Below are positions 25,119 to 27,989 of a stretch of 27,989 nucleotides of DNA, in pieces; the stretch's first letter is position 1, and each line of letters begins with the position of its first letter. The notes below the pieces were generated by a model. That model was given only the letters and a program-made list of their open reading frames with translations, did not search any database and was not told the origin of the DNA. The stretch is from a virus (taxonomy: Duplodnaviria > Caudoviricetes). The position numbers were made by a program, and so were the translations under genes. The stretch lies in IMG/VR virus record IMGVR_UViG_3300035212_000658, positions 1-27,989 of that record, one strand, 5' to 3'.

Positions 25119-26222
25119 ATGGCAATCCTTAACCCAGCAGACTTAGCCTTTAATGGCGAAGAAATAAAAGCCCTTTCTGAGGGTATCATGGAGGACGTGT
25201 ACGCGAAACCCGCGATGACCGAATTCCTTACTATCTACACAGGCATCAAAGCAAAGAAGCAAATCGCTTTTCTTGGAATTTTGTCAGGTTTGGTAGGACA
25301 AAAACACGATACTTCTAGCTGTTCTCCAATAGAGAATGATGCGGCTATCGAAAACACAGAAAAGTTTTGGGAGCCTGCTTACATCGATGACCGTTTTAGC
25401 GAGTGTTTTGATAACCTACTTGAAACCTTCTTTGTTTACGGTTTGAAAAATGGTGTTCAAAAGGGAGACCTTACCAATACTGACTTCGCTCTTTTCTTTG
25501 TTGAGCGTTACCAAGATGCTATTGCTGAAATGTTCCACCGTCTTGTATGGTTTGGTGACACAGCAGCAGATGACACCGCTGGTGGTGGTATATTTGTAAC
25601 GGCTGGTTTCGTTGCCAAGCGTTGGGATGCTTTCGATGGTATTTGGAAACAATTGTTTGCAATCGTTACCGCTACTCCAGCACGTAGAACTAGCGACTTG
25701 ACTACCAAAAATGCACAGTCTACTTTTGCATTGCAAGCGTTCAATTCAACGGATACAACTAACCGAGTTGTAACCAATACGCTTCAAAACTTGGTATTCA
25801 ATTCTGATTTCCGTCTACGCGACAAGGCTGATAAAATCATCATCGTTACTCAGTCAGTAGCTGACCAATATGTACGCGAATTGGAAGCTGGTGCAAACAA
25901 CGGTCTTTCTGTAGCATTCGAGTACATTCAAGACGGGGTGATGGTAATTAAGCGCATGGGTGTTACTATCTACGCTTATAGCTTTTGGGATCGCATGATT
26001 CAAGGCTACCAACGTAATGCTGCAAGTGAGTTGAACTACTACCTTCCACACCGCGCTTTGTTGACTACTAAAGCTAACATTGCTTTCGGAACAGAAGAAG
26101 AAGGTACGCTTTCAGAAGTAGACGTTTTTGTTGACAAAAAAGACAAGAAAACATACTTTGACTTTGGTGCTAACTTAGACGCAAAAGTGTTGCAAGACTA
26201 CTTGGTTCAAGTTGCTTATTAG
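25119..26222 (+). CDS. Major capsid protein
   Basis: 367 aa directly after the protease, with an A-rich leader and the RLVWFGD...FDGIWKQL pattern. Confidence 0.8.
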   Translation: MAILNPADLAFNGEEIKALSEGIMEDVYAKPAMTEFLTIYTGIKAKKQIAFLGILSGLVGQKHDTSSCSPIENDAAIENTEKFWEPAYIDDRFSECFDNLLETFFVYGLKNGVQKGDLTNTDFALFFVERYQDAIAEMFHRLVWFGDTAADDTAGGGIFVTAGFVAKRWDAFDGIWKQLFAIVTATPARRTSDLTTKNAQSTFALQAFNSTDTTNRVVTNTLQNLVFNSDFRLRDKADKIIIVTQSVADQYVRELEAGANNGLSVAFEYIQDGVMVIKRMGVTIYAYSFWDRMIQGYQRNAASELNYYLPHRALLTTKANIAFGTEEEGTLSEVDVFVDKKDKKTYFDFGANLDAKVLQDYLVQVAY

Positions 26223-26246
26223 TATTAACCTTTAACAAAAGAAATC

Positions 26247-26822
26247 ATGCCAATTTGCGATAATATCACAGCAGGAATAGCCTATGATTGCGCATATCCT
26301 CCGACAGGGGGTGTGAACGATAGGCTTATCCTTTTGAACTATGCCGATATTGACGGTAATGTTACTTATGATAACACTAACCCGATAATTGTTACCAACA
26401 TCACGCTCACAGCCCCAGCAGTTGGGTATGAGTACGAAGGTGTAAACAACTCAAATGAGCCACGTTCGGCAATGGTTAAAGGCCGTTACGTTAACGGATA
26501 TGACCATGAGGTGAGATTCAAATGCTTTGACAATAGCCCAGATGCAAAATTGCAACTAGGCAAATTAGACGGGGCGTTGGTAGTGGCAATAGTTCAGAAT
26601 AACAGGAAGGGACTAGACGGTAATTCAGCTTTTGAAATCTACGGTCTTGAAACAGGACTTCGGTTACAGGAATTGGAGCGTATTTTAGCCGATGCTGAAA
26701 CACAAGGTGCATATAACCTTTTGATTCGCAACGATGAAATTAGCCGCCCTTCAAGTTTGCCGCACACATTGTGGGATACCGATTATGCTACTACTCTTGC
26801 GCTGGTAAACGGCCTAGTGTAA
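26247..26822 (+). CDS. Putative major tail (tube) protein
   Basis: CDNITAGIAYDC...GGV start and FEIYGLETGL. 191 aa, co-transcribed with the capsid up to a terminator. Confidence 0.65.
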   Translation: MPICDNITAGIAYDCAYPPTGGVNDRLILLNYADIDGNVTYDNTNPIIVTNITLTAPAVGYEYEGVNNSNEPRSAMVKGRYVNGYDHEVRFKCFDNSPDAKLQLGKLDGALVVAIVQNNRKGLDGNSAFEIYGLETGLRLQELERILADAETQGAYNLLIRNDEISRPSSLPHTLWDTDYATTLALVNGLV

Positions 26823-26838
26823 TCTAATCAATTGAAAT

Positions 26839-26882
26839 AAAAAAAGGCGGTGCGCGTGGAAACATGACACCGCTTTTTTTTT
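26839..26882 (+). terminator. Rho-independent terminator (potentially bidirectional)
   Basis: A-run, GCGGTG...GAAA loop...CACCGC, then T9. Confidence 0.85.
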
Positions 26883-26895
26883 GTAAATTCGCAGC

Positions 26896-27435
26896 ATGAC
26901 ACCACTAGAATTAAAAGCATTACTCGAAGAGGTCAGCCCTTTAGTTGTTGTCCCCAAAGGTCAAATTGATAAGTCGCACCCAGTTGTGGTGAAATTCCTA
27001 GCGGTTCACAAAGAATTAACGGGAAAAAAGGTAGGGCATGGAACTTGTCAAAGTTGCATATTGGATGCTTTATTTGAATTAAAGGGGCTAACCGAAACAC
27101 AGTTAAAATTGATGACGATGGAACGCAAATACAAACTAAAACCGAATGCGCTGGTTTACTTTAATCACGCTCATTATACGGTCGCAAACATTACTGACGA
27201 TGTAGCTATAGAGATGGTAAAAGCCAACTCAGGACATTCACGCTCATTTGTAAATGGCGAGGCTTTGCTTGCCGAATTAGATGGCGTTGAAAAGCCAAAG
27301 GGTAAAAGAGGTAGAAAGGCTAAGGTAGTTGCGCCCGAAATTACCGAAACCGTAACGGAGGAAGTAACGGATGTTAACGCTGATAATCAATCGGGCGAAG
27401 TTGCCGAAACTATAACTACGAAGGTTACTGAATAA
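26896..27435 (+). CDS. Hypothetical protein with CxxC and a low-complexity acidic tail
   Basis: GTCQSC, KPKGKRGRK and a Glu/Thr-rich C-terminus. Confidence 0.65.
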   Translation: MTPLELKALLEEVSPLVVVPKGQIDKSHPVVVKFLAVHKELTGKKVGHGTCQSCILDALFELKGLTETQLKLMTMERKYKLKPNALVYFNHAHYTVANITDDVAIEMVKANSGHSRSFVNGEALLAELDGVEKPKGKRGRKAKVVAPEITETVTEEVTDVNADNQSGEVAETITTKVTE

Positions 27436-27989
27436 TGAGAATCAACATCGCCAAGATTCAAAAGCGCATAATTCGTAGGGACGACAAGTCTTTAGGCATT
27501 ATCAACTATGACATTGATAACGCATATCCTCAAAGGGTTGTGGACATTGTTAACGGGTCGGGCGTTGCGATCACTTGCATTGACATCTATTTCAAATTCA
27601 TCAACGGCACAGGCTTTGCCGATGCTGCTTTAGGCGCAACGGTGGTAGATGGCGACCGATTAACCGCTGACAAGTTGCTTCGCAGATGTGCCTATGATTT
27701 CGCGATGCATGGAGGGTTTGCTATCCATAAAAATTACGACATAACAGGAAAGGAAACAACTTCTAGCCATGTTCCTTTTTCGCATTGTAGAATAGGAATT
27801 GATAGGGAAAGAAAGCCCGATTCAATTGCGGTCTATAATGACTGGGGGCGCGAAATTGACAAGCGAATAGATAAAGCAAAGATTGACTTTATAGAACTTT
27901 ACAATCCCGACCCCGAAATAGTCAAAAAGCAAATAGAAACGGCTGGTGGAATTGAATACTACAAAGGTCAAATCTATTATCACGGGGCT
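27435..27989 (+). CDS. Portal protein, 5' part (runs off the window)
   Basis: Manual translation MRINIAKIQKR...YDIDNAYPQ...FINGTGF...DFAMHGGFAI...HVPFSHCRIG...VYNDW is open to the window end and TAATG-coupled. The pattern resembles Bacteroidota phage portals. Confidence 0.75.
   Translation, partial: MRINIAKIQKRIIRRDDKSLGIINYDIDNAYPQRVVDIVNGSGVAITCIDIYFKFINGTGFADAALGATVVDGDRLTADKLLRRCAYDFAMHGGFAIHKNYDITGKETTSSHVPFSHCRIGIDRERKPDSIAVYNDWGREIDKRIDKAKIDFIELYNPDPEIVKKQIETAGGIEYYKGQIYYHGA

Noticed and set aside
832-26712. All minus-strand ORFs in the track (for example 16254-16853, 21549-22112, 22221-22721)
   Set aside because: They are antisense shadows of well-supported + strand genes and carry no recognisable motifs.

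Overview
This is a 28 kb piece of a tailed dsDNA phage (siphovirus-like) that most likely infects a Bacteroidota host. The evidence is TAnnTTTG -7 promoter boxes, A/C-rich leaders without Shine-Dalgarno sequences, a DUF3127-type SSB, a BT4734-like/VirE primase-helicase and Bacteroidota-phage-type structural genes. All credible genes are on the + strand. Gene order: metallophosphoesterase; a 640 bp non-coding control region; ERF/Gp157/SSB recombination genes; an M15 endolysin with two membrane proteins; small early genes; primase-helicase; an iteron-rich origin; SF2 helicase; VRR-NUC; a ParB-N/ABC-ATPase/GNAT/formyltransferase cassette; terminase; neck and tail genes; tape measure; Clp protease-scaffold; major capsid; tail tube; and a portal truncated by the window end. 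The most notable signals are: (1) two tandem promoter-driven small RNAs with covarying stems, mutually complementary loops and a shared loop antisense to early-gene start regions; (2) a -1 frameshift signal (A_AAA_AAA plus hairpin) that fuses the ABC ATPase to the GNAT inside a putative DNA-modification cassette that also carries a formyltransferase; (3) two Fur-box-like palindromes on paired early promoters; (4) a kissing-loop leader RNA before the primase; and (5) an array of unrelated operator-like palindromes. No integrase, tRNA or CRISPR array was seen. All family assignments come from motif recognition by eye, not database searches.
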